A DNA stretch of 64,000 nucleotides from an uncultured Nitrososphaerales archaeon (GCA_963713605.1 CAVQMO010000001.1:288001-352000); one strand, 5' to 3'; counted from the first letter of the stretch, positions 41,652 to 53,611 are shown. Notes: generated by a model from the sequence alone, not told the origin. Made by a program: numbers and translations.

Positions 41652-42519
41652 CTATTTGCACTGAGAGCGAATTTGTCGAATCAATTCCAATATCGTGTCG
41701 GCGTCGTTTGTCTCAGGATGCATCTCCAAATACTTACTAAGTGTAGCAAGAGCCTCCAATTTTTGCCCCCTTTTTAAAAAAATCATCCCCTTATCTCTTA
41801 TTGCAAATGGGTTAGTTTCATCAATGCTGATTATCATTTCGTTTGCGAGTTCGGCTCTTTCTAGGTCGTTTGACTCATAAAAGCTATTCTTGAGATTATT
41901 TAGGAGTCTTACGACTACCTGTGAAGCAGTTGCATTACTAAGTAGCGCCCTCGTCAGTACCATATTTTGGCGAGGGTACGATCGTTCCAATAACTCTTTA
42001 AGGGAATAATCATCCATTATTCGACCCATATTAAATGGATCGATAACGATCTCCGCAGATTGATCGTCAAGAATATATTTGACCAAAAAGTGAGCTGGAA
42101 AGTTAACAGGAAATAGATGTGAAGTCTAACATCGATGCTATCCTCATATAAATGATAGACAGAGTTATCGGTATCCCGTTTTTCTTTCAGAGTACTATGT
42201 TGAGATAATTGTTGGCTGGATTGTAATAGTCATGTGCATTTGGCTTGAACTTTACCTCATTGAAGAAAAAATCATTTATCCCTTCGATGAGTTGAGTCGG
42301 TCGTAGACGCTTAGGGTCTTTTACTTTTTGAGACAATTTATTACCCAGGCCGTCAATTTGCCGTGAAATGGATTCGATATTCAAGTCCGGATAGGCCAAA
42401 ATCCTTGAAACATGTAACGAAAATTCAGCTAATCTACTACTGTCCTCTTTCATTCGTATAGGAATTGCCACAACGTTCTTCCAATCCTCTATACATCCTT
42501 GCAAATCTATTGCAACCAA
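41652..42519 (-). CDS. SirB1/transglutaminase-like plus TPR protein (frameshifted)
   Basis: AYPDL, DYYNP.N.YLN.VL, GIPITLS, VNFP.HFLV, IDPFN.G, RLLNNLK, RD.G. Confidence 0.88.
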
Positions 42520-42725
42520 TCAAGCTATAATTCTCGCTTTCTTACTTATATCTTAGCCAATCAAATCGGTCTTAGCAGAATTAATTGTATCTGTCTTTAC
42601 CATCTCCAACCAAAAACACAACTAAGACCAGATTGGGTGATGAAGCATATACTATGACCTAGTATGAATTCCGCAGCAGAAAAAACAAAATTGTTGTCCT
42701 ATTAGATATTTGTCCTTTTCATTGG

Positions 42726-43938
42726 CTAATCGAATTCGATAGAACTAGTTCTTCCCGTTCTACGACTAGTTTGTATGTTTGCAGTTTGTGACGCTCGTGA
42801 TAATCTATATCTCTTGTATTCTTCATCCACTTCCATTGATGCTTTTAATATCCTGCTCCTCGTAGACACAGATTTTGAAGATTGTAGAAACATTTTGGTG
42901 TCTTTTGGCAGACAATGTCCTCCTATGCCGTCTCTGGGCTCAAGTATCTCTACATTCCATTTGGTATTTAGGGCTTCACGCAATTCTGGGAAGTTTATAC
43001 TATTTGCTTGACAGTAAAGGTAGATATCCTCTGCAAATGCTATTTGAAGATATCTATGAGCATTTTCAGCGTATCTTTGTTATTTCAGCAATTTCTACAT
43101 CAGAAACAGGATGTAAAGGTATTCCTAGATTAGGAGTGTAATTGATGTTATTATTTTTGCCAGTAGTAGGAAAGGAAGAAGAAGTATGAGAAGTAGCGTT
43201 AGAAGGAGTAAATGAAGTATTAGTAATAGCATCATCCATAGCGAGGGAGTGATTTATGCTGTATAGCCATGAGGAGTGCTGTTATTGCCTATTATCGCCA
43301 TCGCTCATTAAGGATGCATTGCCATTACCATTGCCATTACCATTACCAATATTGATATTGATTGTTGTTGCTGTTGTTGTTGCTGTTGCTGTTGTTTATG
43401 TCGTTGTTAACATTAAATTGGCCATAGAACTGCACAGCTGCTTTAAGACAACAATCACACACTCCTCCAACTACACGCAACTGGTTAACTCCATGCTCTT
43501 TTTCTTCTAAAGCATACCATCTATGAGGTATATGTGCAACATGTAATCTGTGGTTTAGCATCTCAAATACCTTCTTAGACGTTCCTCTTGGAATAGTGCT
43601 TTCTATTGAGACAAGTGCACCATTTTTGGCTTCCTTTGCAATTTTCTCTTGTACAATGGAAAACAAACCATCTATCTGAGGCGTAAACATATCGTCTGGC
43701 ATGTGTGTAGAGATGCAAATAATGTATACATCAAATTCACTGAAATTATCAGCTTTCTTTATTGAGCTATCTTTTCTGCACGCTGTATTGCTTTCTGACT
43801 AATATCATATCCGTACACATCAAATCCTCTGTCCTTCACATATTTTGCTACAGGAAGACCAAGCTGGCCTAAACCTATTATAAGAACTTTGTCGAAGCGA
43901 GAATAATTTTCAGTTCTCAAGGAGCTTGACTGTGACAC
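42726..43938 (-). CDS. UDP-glucose/GDP-mannose dehydrogenase family protein with Asn-rich insertion (multiple frameshifts)
   Basis: KVLIIGLGQLGLP, SIESTIPRGT, ENAHRYLQIAFAE, GIGGHCLPKD. Confidence 0.8.
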
Positions 43939-44299
43939 CCGCTAATAATTTCAAAGTCCTCTTTAGGCGAAGTGAACCCACAAGTATTATTATCTAACAA
44001 CCGAGCAATTTATGGTTTTATTGTTTAATATACAATAAGATAGTGAAAACTAGTAATATTTTAGTGGGGATAGGTACAGTGCTTTGTTATGATTAATATT
44101 AATTACATGTGAAAAGTTAATTAGTGATCTCCTCTCTAAAACGGCAATAGTATTAGAAATAATCCCTACGATAGGAACTTCATACAGCGCAGAATTAGGT
44201 CAGTGTCTTTATTCCGACCCCTTCAATGACAAGGCCAATTTTCAAAGCTAACAATAAGATGGTTAAAATATGATGAGAATTTCGTTACTGATGTGGATT

Positions 44300-44636
44300 A
44301 TGGAGAATCGAAGCGAACCTGTCACCAGATATAAAGTTAACCAGTTAATCGATACTGGTATGAGCATAACCTTGAGTCTCACGGAGGATGTAGAGCTGGA
44401 GAAGGTGTCCCAGCAACAGCTAAATATTGGATTCAATTGACAATCTCGTCTCAGATAAGGACATAAAGCAGCAAGTAAAGCCGTTCCTGGAAGCCATCCT
44501 TCGATCTCAACCACAAACCGTGGTCAATACTTACTCTCAGACAACTATACAGATCACCATGCCTAAAAGGAGATTTCAGAAAATTGGAATTCCTCAGGTC
44601 GGAGATATTCTTGCAATAGATATAAGGAAAGAATAA
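44300..44636 (+). CDS. hypothetical protein, arcadin-1-like (frameshift near 44423; start could be 44270/44291)
   Basis: joined translation MENRSEPVTRYKVNQLIDTGMSITLSLTEDVEL...QVKPFLEAILRSQP...IQITM....F.KIG.PQVGDILAIDI. Confidence 0.5.
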
Positions 44637-44775
44637 CAAGTTTTTTCAACTCGCTAGTATCCAAGGAATAAGTAGAATGGTCAGAGTATTAACCTCGAGA
44701 TGTATTCACCTCAAACCTAGAAACACTTTGTTATCGGCAGATTAGAATAAATAGAGTTAATAGGCGAATATTCTC

Positions 44776-45039
44776 ATGCAGTGCGCAGTATATGATACAT
44801 ACGTTAAAAAGAAAGATGGAAACGTTATGCATTTTGATGTAGTCGTGGAGGCAAAGACTCCGCACGAAAAAGCTATCGAATATGGCAAGAAGTATTTGGA
44901 AAGCGTAGGTGAGGGAGAACAACAGATGACTCAAGAGGAATGCCAATTCTGCCACATCCAGCAAGCTCCTCCGAAGATAGAGACAGATATTCAAAGTAAC
45001 GGGTATTATATTCAAAAAATGGAAGGTTGCCCTGCATGA
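44776..45039 (+). CDS. DUF2024 family protein
   Basis: VYDTYVKKKDGNVMHFDV, ECQFCH. Confidence 0.9.
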   Translation: MQCAVYDTYVKKKDGNVMHFDVVVEAKTPHEKAIEYGKKYLESVGEGEQQMTQEECQFCHIQQAPPKIETDIQSNGYYIQKMEGCPA

Positions 45040-45137
45040 CCTATTAAGTCCTCTAGAAACACCACTCAAGAGCTCAAAATATGTGTCTGCAGGCTTGAAT
45101 CATCTATTTTTCGGAATTTATCGAGAGATAATTATCG

Positions 45138-46300
45138 TTGGAACTTACTAAATCCGAGGAAAAAATTCTTGCTGGGAGTAAGGGAGAGATCTATGCATCT
45201 GCATATAGAGTGCTACTGGCGATAGGACAGGCAACTGAAGCTGAAAAACTGGTTCCTATAGAATGGGCTCATGTTTCTGGCGTAAATTATAATACTATTG
45301 GCGATGCAGGAGTTGATTTCCTACAGGAAGTATCAAGAGGTGTGCGTTTCAGGGTAAAGACGACAATTAATCCTATGGGCTATGATAGAATGAAACCAAA
45401 TACACTTTCTCAAAATTTTTTGTCTAAGCAAATGCAAATTGTGGAGAGTTATAAAAAAATGGGAGCCATACAATCATTTTCCTGTACTCCATATGAAATA
45501 TTCCAACTTCCGAAAAGAGGTACATCTGTGAGTTTCGCAGAAAGCAGTGCAGCTGTCTTTTCCAATTCTTTCCTGGGGTTGATGACAAATAAGGAAAGCG
45601 CTCTTAGCGCACTTGCAAGTGCTATAACAGGAAAGTCCCCATATTCTGACCTTCGAATAGAGAAGTCACGAACACCGCAGGTAGCCGTAAAATACAGGGG
45701 TGTCACATATAAACACTGAAACTGATTACGGCTTACTTGGCTATATAGCCGGAAAAATCGCTAAAGAAAGTTGTATTGCTTTTTCAGATCTTAAAAGCAA
45801 AATGGAAATGATGCCTGCAAAAGCGATTTCCTCAGGCCTAGGGACCTCAGGATCTTGTGGAATGTTTACGTCTGGCAATCGAGCAGGAAGGTGAATCCGT
45901 TGCGAATAGACGAGGAGGAAATGTCTAAAGCCAAGGACGAGTTGAATACTGAAGAGGATGGCGACCTCATTTTGTTTGGTAGTCCACAGCTCGGACTAAG
46001 CGAGTTAGCGTTATCTGCACGATCTTATCGCGGGACGAAAATTTGATAAAAGGTGCATTATTTTTTGTTCAAGATACGTCCATGATCAGGCTAGAAAAAT
46101 TGGATTAGCCTCAAAAATAGAGTCATCAGGAGCAGAATTTATGTGCGACTCTTGCATGTGTCTTTCACCATTAATAACCCGAGACAACACTGATTCCATC
46201 ATTACCAACAGCGTAAAGGGAGCATATTATATGAAAAGTTCCAATCGTGTCGGCGTTGCAGTTAAAGGATATGAAAACCATCGTGAGAACCTGTAGTTGA
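45138..46300 (+). CDS. aconitase X catalytic subunit (phosphomevalonate dehydratase large subunit), frameshifted
   Basis: AHVSGVNYNTIGDAG, SCTPY, AESSA.VFSNS, GSPQLG, DSCMCLSP, TNSVK. Confidence 0.88.
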
Positions 46301-46307
46301 TTAAATT

Positions 46308-46720
46308 ATGTATGTTCTTGAGTGCAAGTGCATCGTAAAGGGATTTGCCGAAGGCGAAGCTTTGATATCAGATACACCAATAAATTTTCTTACAATGATT
46401 GACGCTGAGAATGGAGAGATCAAGGATCCAAAACCATAACCTCTACGGCAAAACATTGAAGGACAAGATATTTGTTTTTCCATATTCAGTAGGTAGCAGT
46501 GTAGGAGCCTACGTCCTGTACAGCTTGAAAAAAAAATCGTCTGGTCCATTGGCTATCATATGTTCAAATAGGATGGATATAACGACGGCCTCTGGGTGTG
46601 CGATATCAAATATCCCAGCTGTTCACCTGAAACACAATAATTATCCCACAGGTTATCAGGAACAGCCGGGCATTAACCGTAGATGGGGAAAGAGAGCAAA
46701 TATTGATTTATCCAAATTGA
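46308..46720 (+). CDS. aconitase X swivel subunit (DUF126), frameshifted
   Basis: IVKG.AEGEAL.S..PI.FL, GSSVGAYVLY, GCAISNIP. Confidence 0.85.
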
Positions 46721-46855
46721 TTGTCATAACAAATTGTTTTCAATTCGCTTATTCATGCTAATTAATTACATAAATATGAATTAGCCTTTCGGACTAGAAA
46801 CAACGTGCCCAGTACATAATCCTTTTATTAGTGTGTGGGAGTATCAATAGATTGA

Positions 46856-47077
46856 TTGGCTAGGTTTTGTCCTGAATGCGGTGGTGATATGAAATATGAC
46901 AGTCCTAGTAAGAATTTTGTTTGCAAGGGTTGTGGTTTGTTTGTTTCCAGCGAAAAATTGGACGAACTAAGAGACAAAGCAGCTGAAAAATATTATGATA
47001 GTGGGGATGGAAGAAAACGAGTTCACAACGACTATCTTGATTGGTGGCAAAGTTCAAAGAAAGATAAACAAAAATAA
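46856..47077 (+). CDS. small Zn-ribbon protein
   Basis: CPECGG...CKGCG, DYLDWW. Confidence 0.85.
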   Translation: MARFCPECGGDMKYDSPSKNFVCKGCGLFVSSEKLDELRDKAAEKYYDSGDGRKRVHNDYLDWWQSSKKDKQK

Positions 47078-47290
47078 TCACAGATACCAGAGTTAGGTTC
47101 TTGGGTTTGCAGTTTAAGTAAAACTAAACTTCTATTATATTTGCATTAGGTATCGTTGGCCGAGGTTTAAAGAGATTTAAATGTTCGATCCTTTTTGACA
47201 TTTCCCACTCCCGAGTCAGTCCCAATTACAATTCAAAAAGAATTAAATAAGAAATATTATCCTTCTGCCTTTGCAGCCTCCTAATTAACG

Positions 47291-48225
47291 ATGGAAACAT
47301 GTAATAAATGTAACAGGAACCCGCCAGTCTATTTTAGAGAATATTCAGGGGAAAAGCTTTGCAAGAGATGCTTCCTGAATTCGATAGATCGCAAGGTGCA
47401 AACGAACGATAAACAAATTTTCAATGATCAAGTTTGGGGATCATGTGGCTGTAGCGACGTCGGGCGGGAAAGATAGCTTGGTTCTATTAAGCATTCTCAA
47501 ATCCACAATTGACGCTGCCAGAGGAATTAAAATGGAGTGCAATTACAATTGATGAAGGTATCTCTGGATATCGAGATGAATCATTGAAGATAGTATCAGA
47601 GTTTTGTTCCAAGCTACGTGTTCCACTTACAATTAAGTCTTATTACGAACTCTTCGGAACTCGCATGGACGAAGCTATGAAGCTAAGACCATCCGCAAAA
47701 TTAACATCCTGTTCTATTTGTGGAACCTTTCGTAGAAGAGCGATAGACTTGGCAGCAGAACAGATTGGGGCAAATGTAGTTGCGACAGCACATAATTTGG
47801 ATGACGAGATACAAACTTTCATGATTAATCTGTTTGCAGGTGATGCAAATCGAATAGGATGGAACCAAGCTTCTTCTATTTACAAGACAGGCTACATGAA
47901 GAAGGTCAAACCCCTTTCTGAGATATATGAGAAAGAAATCGTATTCTATGCGCTTCAAAAGGGAATCCCATTCCAGAGCGAGCAATGTCCTTACATGAAT
48001 GAAAGTATAAGAGAAGAAGTTCGACAGTTTCTAAACGATTTGGAGAAAGCACATCCCGGAATTAAATACAACACGTACAAGTCCACAATGGATATTTCAG
48101 CTCTTGTTCGTGACCGGAGAGATTCAACTATTATAAGGGGGGTCTGCGAGAAATGTGGCCGAGACTGCACTGAGCAGATCTGCTCTGTGTGTAAGATTCA
48201 GGGGAATTTCAAGCCAGTGGTTTAG
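47291..48225 (+). CDS. tRNA 2-thiolation protein, TtuA/Ncs6 family (TIGR00269-like), frameshifted
   Basis: C..C...YSGEKLC..CF, VA.SGGKDS, CSICGTFRR, TAHNLDD, C-terminal CxxC pairs. Confidence 0.9.
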
Positions 48226-48284
48226 ATGGTAAGGTGGAACCAGGACACTAACATAAATATAATCTAATGGTGGATTACATATTT

Positions 48285-48598
48285 GGAGGCAGGGAGGATC
48301 GGGGTGTTAGTCGTACCCCATACCAGAAACCGACTTCATGCTGGGATCAGCAACTGCTGGGTAAACCTACTGGTACGAGGTACCTGCTTGCCTAGCTGAA
48401 ATGAAGTCATGCCGTGCCGGATGGTTATGAGCGGCATGTCATGCGAAGGCATGGCTTGACTGCGTAATGTCGAAATGGGTGAGGTCCGGGAGGGAGCAAC
48501 CCTAAGATAGCATGGTCATGCTGGCACGTCTACGTGGCAGATCTTGCAGGGCTTGAGAGGGGGCTTTGGACCTTTACTGGAACCAGCAGGCTGTCTCC
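48285..48598 (+). ncRNA. ffs: archaeal SRP RNA (7S RNA)
   Basis: ~314 nt GC-rich; terminal helix GGAGGCAG/CTGTCTCC; helix 8 GGGTGAGGTCC-GGGA-GGGAGCAACCC. Confidence 0.9.
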
Positions 48599-48728
48599 AA
48601 TAATCCTTCAATTTATACCTCTTATTTTCAGGCTTCCTAAATTACATATTGATACTGATCAAATTGACAAATCGCTAGTGTGCCAATTTGCCCAGGCGGA
48701 CAATCACCACATGCCTTTGGCGTGGAAT

Positions 48729-49772
48729 TTACAACCAATGACTGAGGCGAAAAATCTCGTCAACGGGCTCTTTCTTCAAGATCCTGATTAAAGCCCTTGC
48801 CTGGGGTACCGAAAGCATAGGCTTTTTAAAATGATTGTCGATGCCGATTCTTGGGCATGCAACCTGTACAAAAGCATCTATGTGAGTAAATATCTGTATT
48901 CTTTCCTCTGTAATTTCAGTCAATCCAATCAGCCTCACTTTCATTCCCACTTTTTCAAACTCTTTCTTTAGTTCCAAAGCGCGAGTCTTTGCGAACTGAC
49001 CATCTTTAATGCCAATAATGATCCCAATTGTGTGAGAGTCCACGGCTTTGTAAATTGACAGGATCGCCTTCCTGTGCAATTCCTCAGCGACACTACTTAC
49101 TTCACTGTATTCCTGAAAGTACGGATCAAGCATGAATGTTTGTTTCCCAGTCGATAACGCTACCCCGGCCGAATGGAAAGTACTTTGACCTAAAAAGACA
49201 TAGCAATCTATTTTATCTAATTCGCTGTGAGCAGGGTAAAATTCGCAGCCAAAAACCTGTCCATCGTTGAGCTGGCCCCTACCCATTCCTATAACCACGC
49301 TTATGCCAGACTGTTCAAAGATTCCACGAACTTTGTCAAGCTGACGTAAATGTTGACTAATTGTCAATAATGATATCTTCTTGTAATTTCTGCTTATTAG
49401 TTCGGTTGCCAATCGTTTTGCGATTTCATCAAAGTTCAAATCCTCGTATGCGTCTATCATCACGATTTCTCTTCCAAAACCATCCATTGAGATCGTATGC
49501 CCTATGTTAAAGAGAATTTCTGCCCCAAGGACGTTGGCCGCATGGGTATTGAGGTCGCAGGAACCCCAGCAAGTATCTCCAATTATGTAAGCTGGAATTT
49601 CGAATTTTTCTGCGATTATATCCGCTGTTTCCTGAATCTTAGACATCAATCCATCAGGACCATCCAATGCAACGGATCTCGGCTTCCTCTCTCCGATTAT
49701 TCTGATTATTTTCTCATTATCGATCGATATCATAACTTTGTTCTGACTCCCACCGAGTCTTGCTATTTTCAT
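48729..49772 (-). CDS. dph2: diphthamide biosynthesis enzyme Dph2
   Basis: GPDGL, CWGSCD, GQVFGC, ACPRI. Confidence 0.95.
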   Translation of the reverse strand: MKIARLGGSQNKVMISIDNEKIIRIIGERKPRSVALDGPDGLMSKIQETADIIAEKFEIPAYIIGDTCWGSCDLNTHAANVLGAEILFNIGHTISMDGFGREIVMIDAYEDLNFDEIAKRLATELISRNYKKISLLTISQHLRQLDKVRGIFEQSGISVVIGMGRGQLNDGQVFGCEFYPAHSELDKIDCYVFLGQSTFHSAGVALSTGKQTFMLDPYFQEYSEVSSVAEELHRKAILSIYKAVDSHTIGIIIGIKDGQFAKTRALELKKEFEKVGMKVRLIGLTEITEERIQIFTHIDAFVQVACPRIGIDNHFKKPMLSVPQARALIRILKKEPVDEIFRLSHWL

Positions 49773-49936
49773 TCAGATCCATGGCAATAAAAATGCATAC
49801 ACCGAACACAATGTTTTATAGTCAAATCAATCTGTTTCAACGCTTGTCGCTAGAGATTAGAAAGCAGTCAAATCCATATATTGATGGATGGCAAATGGTT
49901 TAAGATACATCCTTGCTTCTAAGTACTATGACCTTC

Positions 49937-52295
49937 TTATTGCCGCTTAACTGGGATCCTTGCGGTATGCCCTTGCCACTTGATTGGAAAGTATACCTTA
50001 TATTTTTCATCGGTGAGCATCTCAAATCCACTATCTCCAAGAGTATGCAAAATCTCAATTTTCTGTTCCTCAATACTAGTTAGAATCTGTATTGTACCTT
50101 CATCACGAAGCTTATGTTTCAGAATTGAAAGCAATGATTTGAACGAGATAATCTGAGTAGAATCCTTGGTTAGATTCAGTGTATTCATGGGCATGACAAT
50201 AATAAAATTATCCACTACCTTATCAATTACATTTGGGATTAATTTTGGAGTACTGCCCCAGAATGCAGATGCATTTGGCGGATCCAACATTGCAAATCGA
50301 TTTTTAGCTCTCAGAACTTCCTGCTGGTCCTCACTAATGCCAATAAAATATTCGGCCCAATTGTCTATGGCAACTTGCTCAAGCATCTCCCCATTCATCA
50401 TTGCCAGTTGAACATTTACTTTTAAGAATAATTTCTTTGCCTCGGCAATCGTCCGATTCAGTTGAGTTGAAGGATTACCTTCATGAAAAAACTGATAAAT
50501 CAAATTCCACCTTTGTCTAAATACATCCGGGAATGTCTTACTATGAAGTAATTCTTTGAATAATCTTGTTTCTGCAAAATCTGCAAAGAAAGCGTCTGTT
50601 CGCGAGACGGCTTCAAGCTTGGGCAGATACAATTCGTCATAAAGACTTGTAACTCTATCCCACGCCCGAATTGGATCTGAACTCATATAGGTGACCGACA
50701 GGTCAGCCAACCACAGTATTTCTGCAAGTAGAATAATCTTATCCGTATTATATCCTTCAGCAGATAGATCTTTCAGGAGACTTGAGTAGGCAGTTTGTGC
50801 CTCTTTTGATGTAGAGTAAGGAAAATCAGTATGCCAAATGAGTGCTTCTATTACTCGGCTTTCCTTTTGCCTTTCGTAAGCTGCTGATCGCAAATACTCC
50901 GGATGGGTCGTCGAATATTCGGCTAAGATCTTCGGCGGGTGTGAACGATCCCGAAAATACTCTTCAAATTCAGCCGGATTCAACATGAAATAGGCTTCGT
51001 GAATTCTAGTTTTTTTGAGTTCATTGATCGTCCTGCTAACTTTTGGTCCCTTGACAGATACCTTTGCTTTGTTATCATTCGGGGCTGTTGTAACAAATGT
51101 TGATTGAACCGGATCATAATCATGTAACAGAGCTGAAACTAGGATGAGTTCGTAGTCCTTTTCAGTAAATACAAGTCCATGGAAATCTCTGGGTAGCATT
51201 TGCAAAACCATGTACGATACCTCTAGACTATGGTGAAAATTGTGATACTCAGTTGAGCCCTCTCCTAAACCTTGGTTGTCATAAGCGTTTGCCAAGAAAT
51301 TCATAAGTGTCCTTATTTTGCGAATGCTATTTGGAGGAATATTTCGATCAGAAGCAACTTGAATTATGGCGGCGATCAGTTCCTCATTCTTGGCATTTGC
51401 CAGATTCTTATTGATTTCACTTATAAAGTTCTTTTTTGAACGCGGAAAATAGCGACCGACTTCCTCATAAATTATTCTCAGAGGCAAACTCTTATTTAGA
51501 TAAATGCCAAGGGTTGTTATCCAGTAGGGATATTTTATTCTCGGTTTCTCTCGTTCAATTACTTCTTCAGAAGCGCTTACCAATGCTTTATTCAAGTCGG
51601 TTATCTTGGCTCTAATTTCCTGACCCTTTAGCGATTGGAATTCCCTGGAGTCGATATACCTTGATCTTTCTGTGTTCAATACTAACCATTGAGGAATTTT
51701 TACCCTATATCTGAAGTATGCCCGTTTACTGTGTTGTGAGGATAGAGATGCAATTCTTTCTTTAATTGTAACGGCGACGTTTTTACGTCCGGTCGAAAAG
51801 GGGAGTTCGCTGTCGCGGACAACCTGAATTATTATTTCCCTGTCTTTAGATTGGAGACCCAATAGAATATGCCAATATTTACCCTTATCAAGCCAACTTG
51901 GAGCCTTAGTTTCTTTGTCCCAGAAGTCAATCGGTCCTAACGGCAGATAGCCGGTTTCGGTACTGCTTGGTTTCCGGATTGTAAGACCGATACTGATAAT
52001 CTCCAATTTGAGGATCAAGTTGCTTCGCCTTATACTTGGCTGTTAATACTCTCTCCGCCGATCTAGTTAATTCGCGATAAGCCATCGCACCCCAGATAGT
52101 ACCTAGGGCACTCATCAGCGTTAGTATTGCTGCAACAATGTCGACTTGATTTGTAGTGAAGTACGTTGGAGTTAGCGGTATTCCAAACCATCCCGTTGCG
52201 AGTAATCCACTGAATGTAAGAGTGATGAAGAGCCATCTTGCTAGATCATTATAGTAAAGGCTAAATGGCCTGGGTTCATCACTTAATTGACTCAT
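49937..52295 (-). CDS. membrane-anchored HD-domain (class I PDE-like) protein; ORFs 51927-52295 and 49937-52018 are probably one frameshifted gene
   Basis: two N-terminal TMs; YHNFHH, ALLHDYDP, HTD, LADLS. Confidence 0.7.
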
Positions 52296-52387
52296 CTTCT
52301 ATTTACCATTGTTATTCGTTTTCGAATTTAAAGTGCAACTGCAATAATAATCCTGCCTAAGTTACATGAGCCATGAACCAAGCAAAT

Positions 52388-53140
52388 TCACTTTACATTC
52401 TTATTGAAATCTGTCCTCACGATCTCATCCCTCGTTTCCGACCATTTTTCAGATTTGCGGACCCGCCATTTCTCATAACAAACAACTTCTTCTAAATTCA
52501 ATCTCGGTAGCCAACCTGAACGTTCTAGGTCAGGTGTTTCTTCAAACTCACTTACATAACCTAGACATAAATAAGCAATGGGGGAAACATGTTCAGGTAT
52601 TTCAAGTATTTCTCGGATTTTACTATTTGAGATGATACTTACCCATCCTATGCCCAAACCCTCTGCCCGAGCTGCAAGCCAGAGATTTTGGATGGCACAA
52701 CAAACACTGTATACTCCTGTCTCCGAGATAGACGTTCTACCAAGCACAAAAGGTCCAAATCTTTCCGGATCATATGTAATGCAAATGTTTATTGAAGATT
52801 CCAAAATTCCTTCGAGCTTTAGTGAAGAGTATTTACGTTGCCTAGCTTGGTCAGAGTCGAGCATCCTGACTGATTTTTGAAATTCCTCCATAAATGACTG
52901 TTTTATCCTTTCTCTGATCATCATATCGCTAACTAGAATAAAGTCCCAGGGCTGAGAAAATCCCACAGATGGAGCATGATGAGCAGCATTAAGGATTCTA
53001 GCCAAAGTGTTTCCTGGTATTTTCTTATTCAGAAATTTGGCCCGAACATCCCTACGAGAAAAGATCGCCTTATACACTGCGTCCTTTTCATACTGAACAA
53101 ATGAGTTCTGAGAAGTGCTCAATATGTTTCGATCAATCAT
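52388..53140 (-). CDS. bluB: 5,6-dimethylbenzimidazole synthase
   Basis: RRDVR, APSVGFSQPWDF, LKLEGI, AIQNLWLAARAEGLG.GWVS. Confidence 0.96.
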   Translation of the reverse strand: MIDRNILSTSQNSFVQYEKDAVYKAIFSRRDVRAKFLNKKIPGNTLARILNAAHHAPSVGFSQPWDFILVSDMMIRERIKQSFMEEFQKSVRMLDSDQARQRKYSSLKLEGILESSINICITYDPERFGPFVLGRTSISETGVYSVCCAIQNLWLAARAEGLGIGWVSIISNSKIREILEIPEHVSPIAYLCLGYVSEFEETPDLERSGWLPRLNLEEVVCYEKWRVRKSEKWSETRDEIVRTDFNKNVK

Positions 53141-53259
53141 AGCAACAACCAGCGAGATTTATACTGTTAGTACATACATTATCTCTGCTACCTCAGAATG
53201 ATATCCTAAGCTTTTCTTAGAACTTATATTTAGGCCGGGCATTGAAAAAACACAAGAGA

Positions 53260-53334
53260 GGGCCGGTGGTCCAGCCTGGTTAAGATACCGCCTTGACATG
53301 GCGGGGGTCGTTGGTTCGAATCCGACCCGGCCCA
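53260..53334 (+). tRNA. tRNA-Val(GAC)
   Basis: acceptor GGGCCGG/CCGGCCC, anticodon arm CCGCC-TTGACAT-GGCGG, GGTTCGAATCC. Confidence 0.97.
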
Positions 53335-53482
53335 TACCAAAGTTGACGGTTTATTTGGGCCCATCACAAATCTACGGTCGCTACCATCACAAATACTGAG
53401 ATGGTAAATACTATACAATCTATAGTCATCATTGACGGTACAGCATTTATATATTTATCTTCTATAATAGTATATCAGAAGA

Positions 53483-53611
53483 ATGATGCACGTACGATAT
53501 CAGTTTCGATGGAGAACTACAATCAGGCTTAGAAAGTTTGGCTATGCTGGACAATCACTGAACCAAGCTATCGGTAAATTATTGGCAATCGCCGGGGAGA
53601 AATCCGAATGA
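53483..53611 (+). CDS. small RHH/CopG-like DNA-binding protein (frameshifted, below ORF-track cutoff)
   Basis: joined translation RTISVSMENYNRLRKFGYAGQSLNQAIGKLLAIAGEKSE*; stop overlaps the next ATG (ATGA). Confidence 0.5.
   Translation: MMHVRYQFRWRTTIRLRKFGYAGQSLNQAIGKLLAIAGEKSE

Noticed and set aside
48534..48791. 85-aa ORF
   Set aside because: It overlaps the SRP RNA and the dph2 end and has no recognisable motif.
53230..53418. 62-aa minus-strand ORF
   Set aside because: It is the antisense translation of tRNA-Val.
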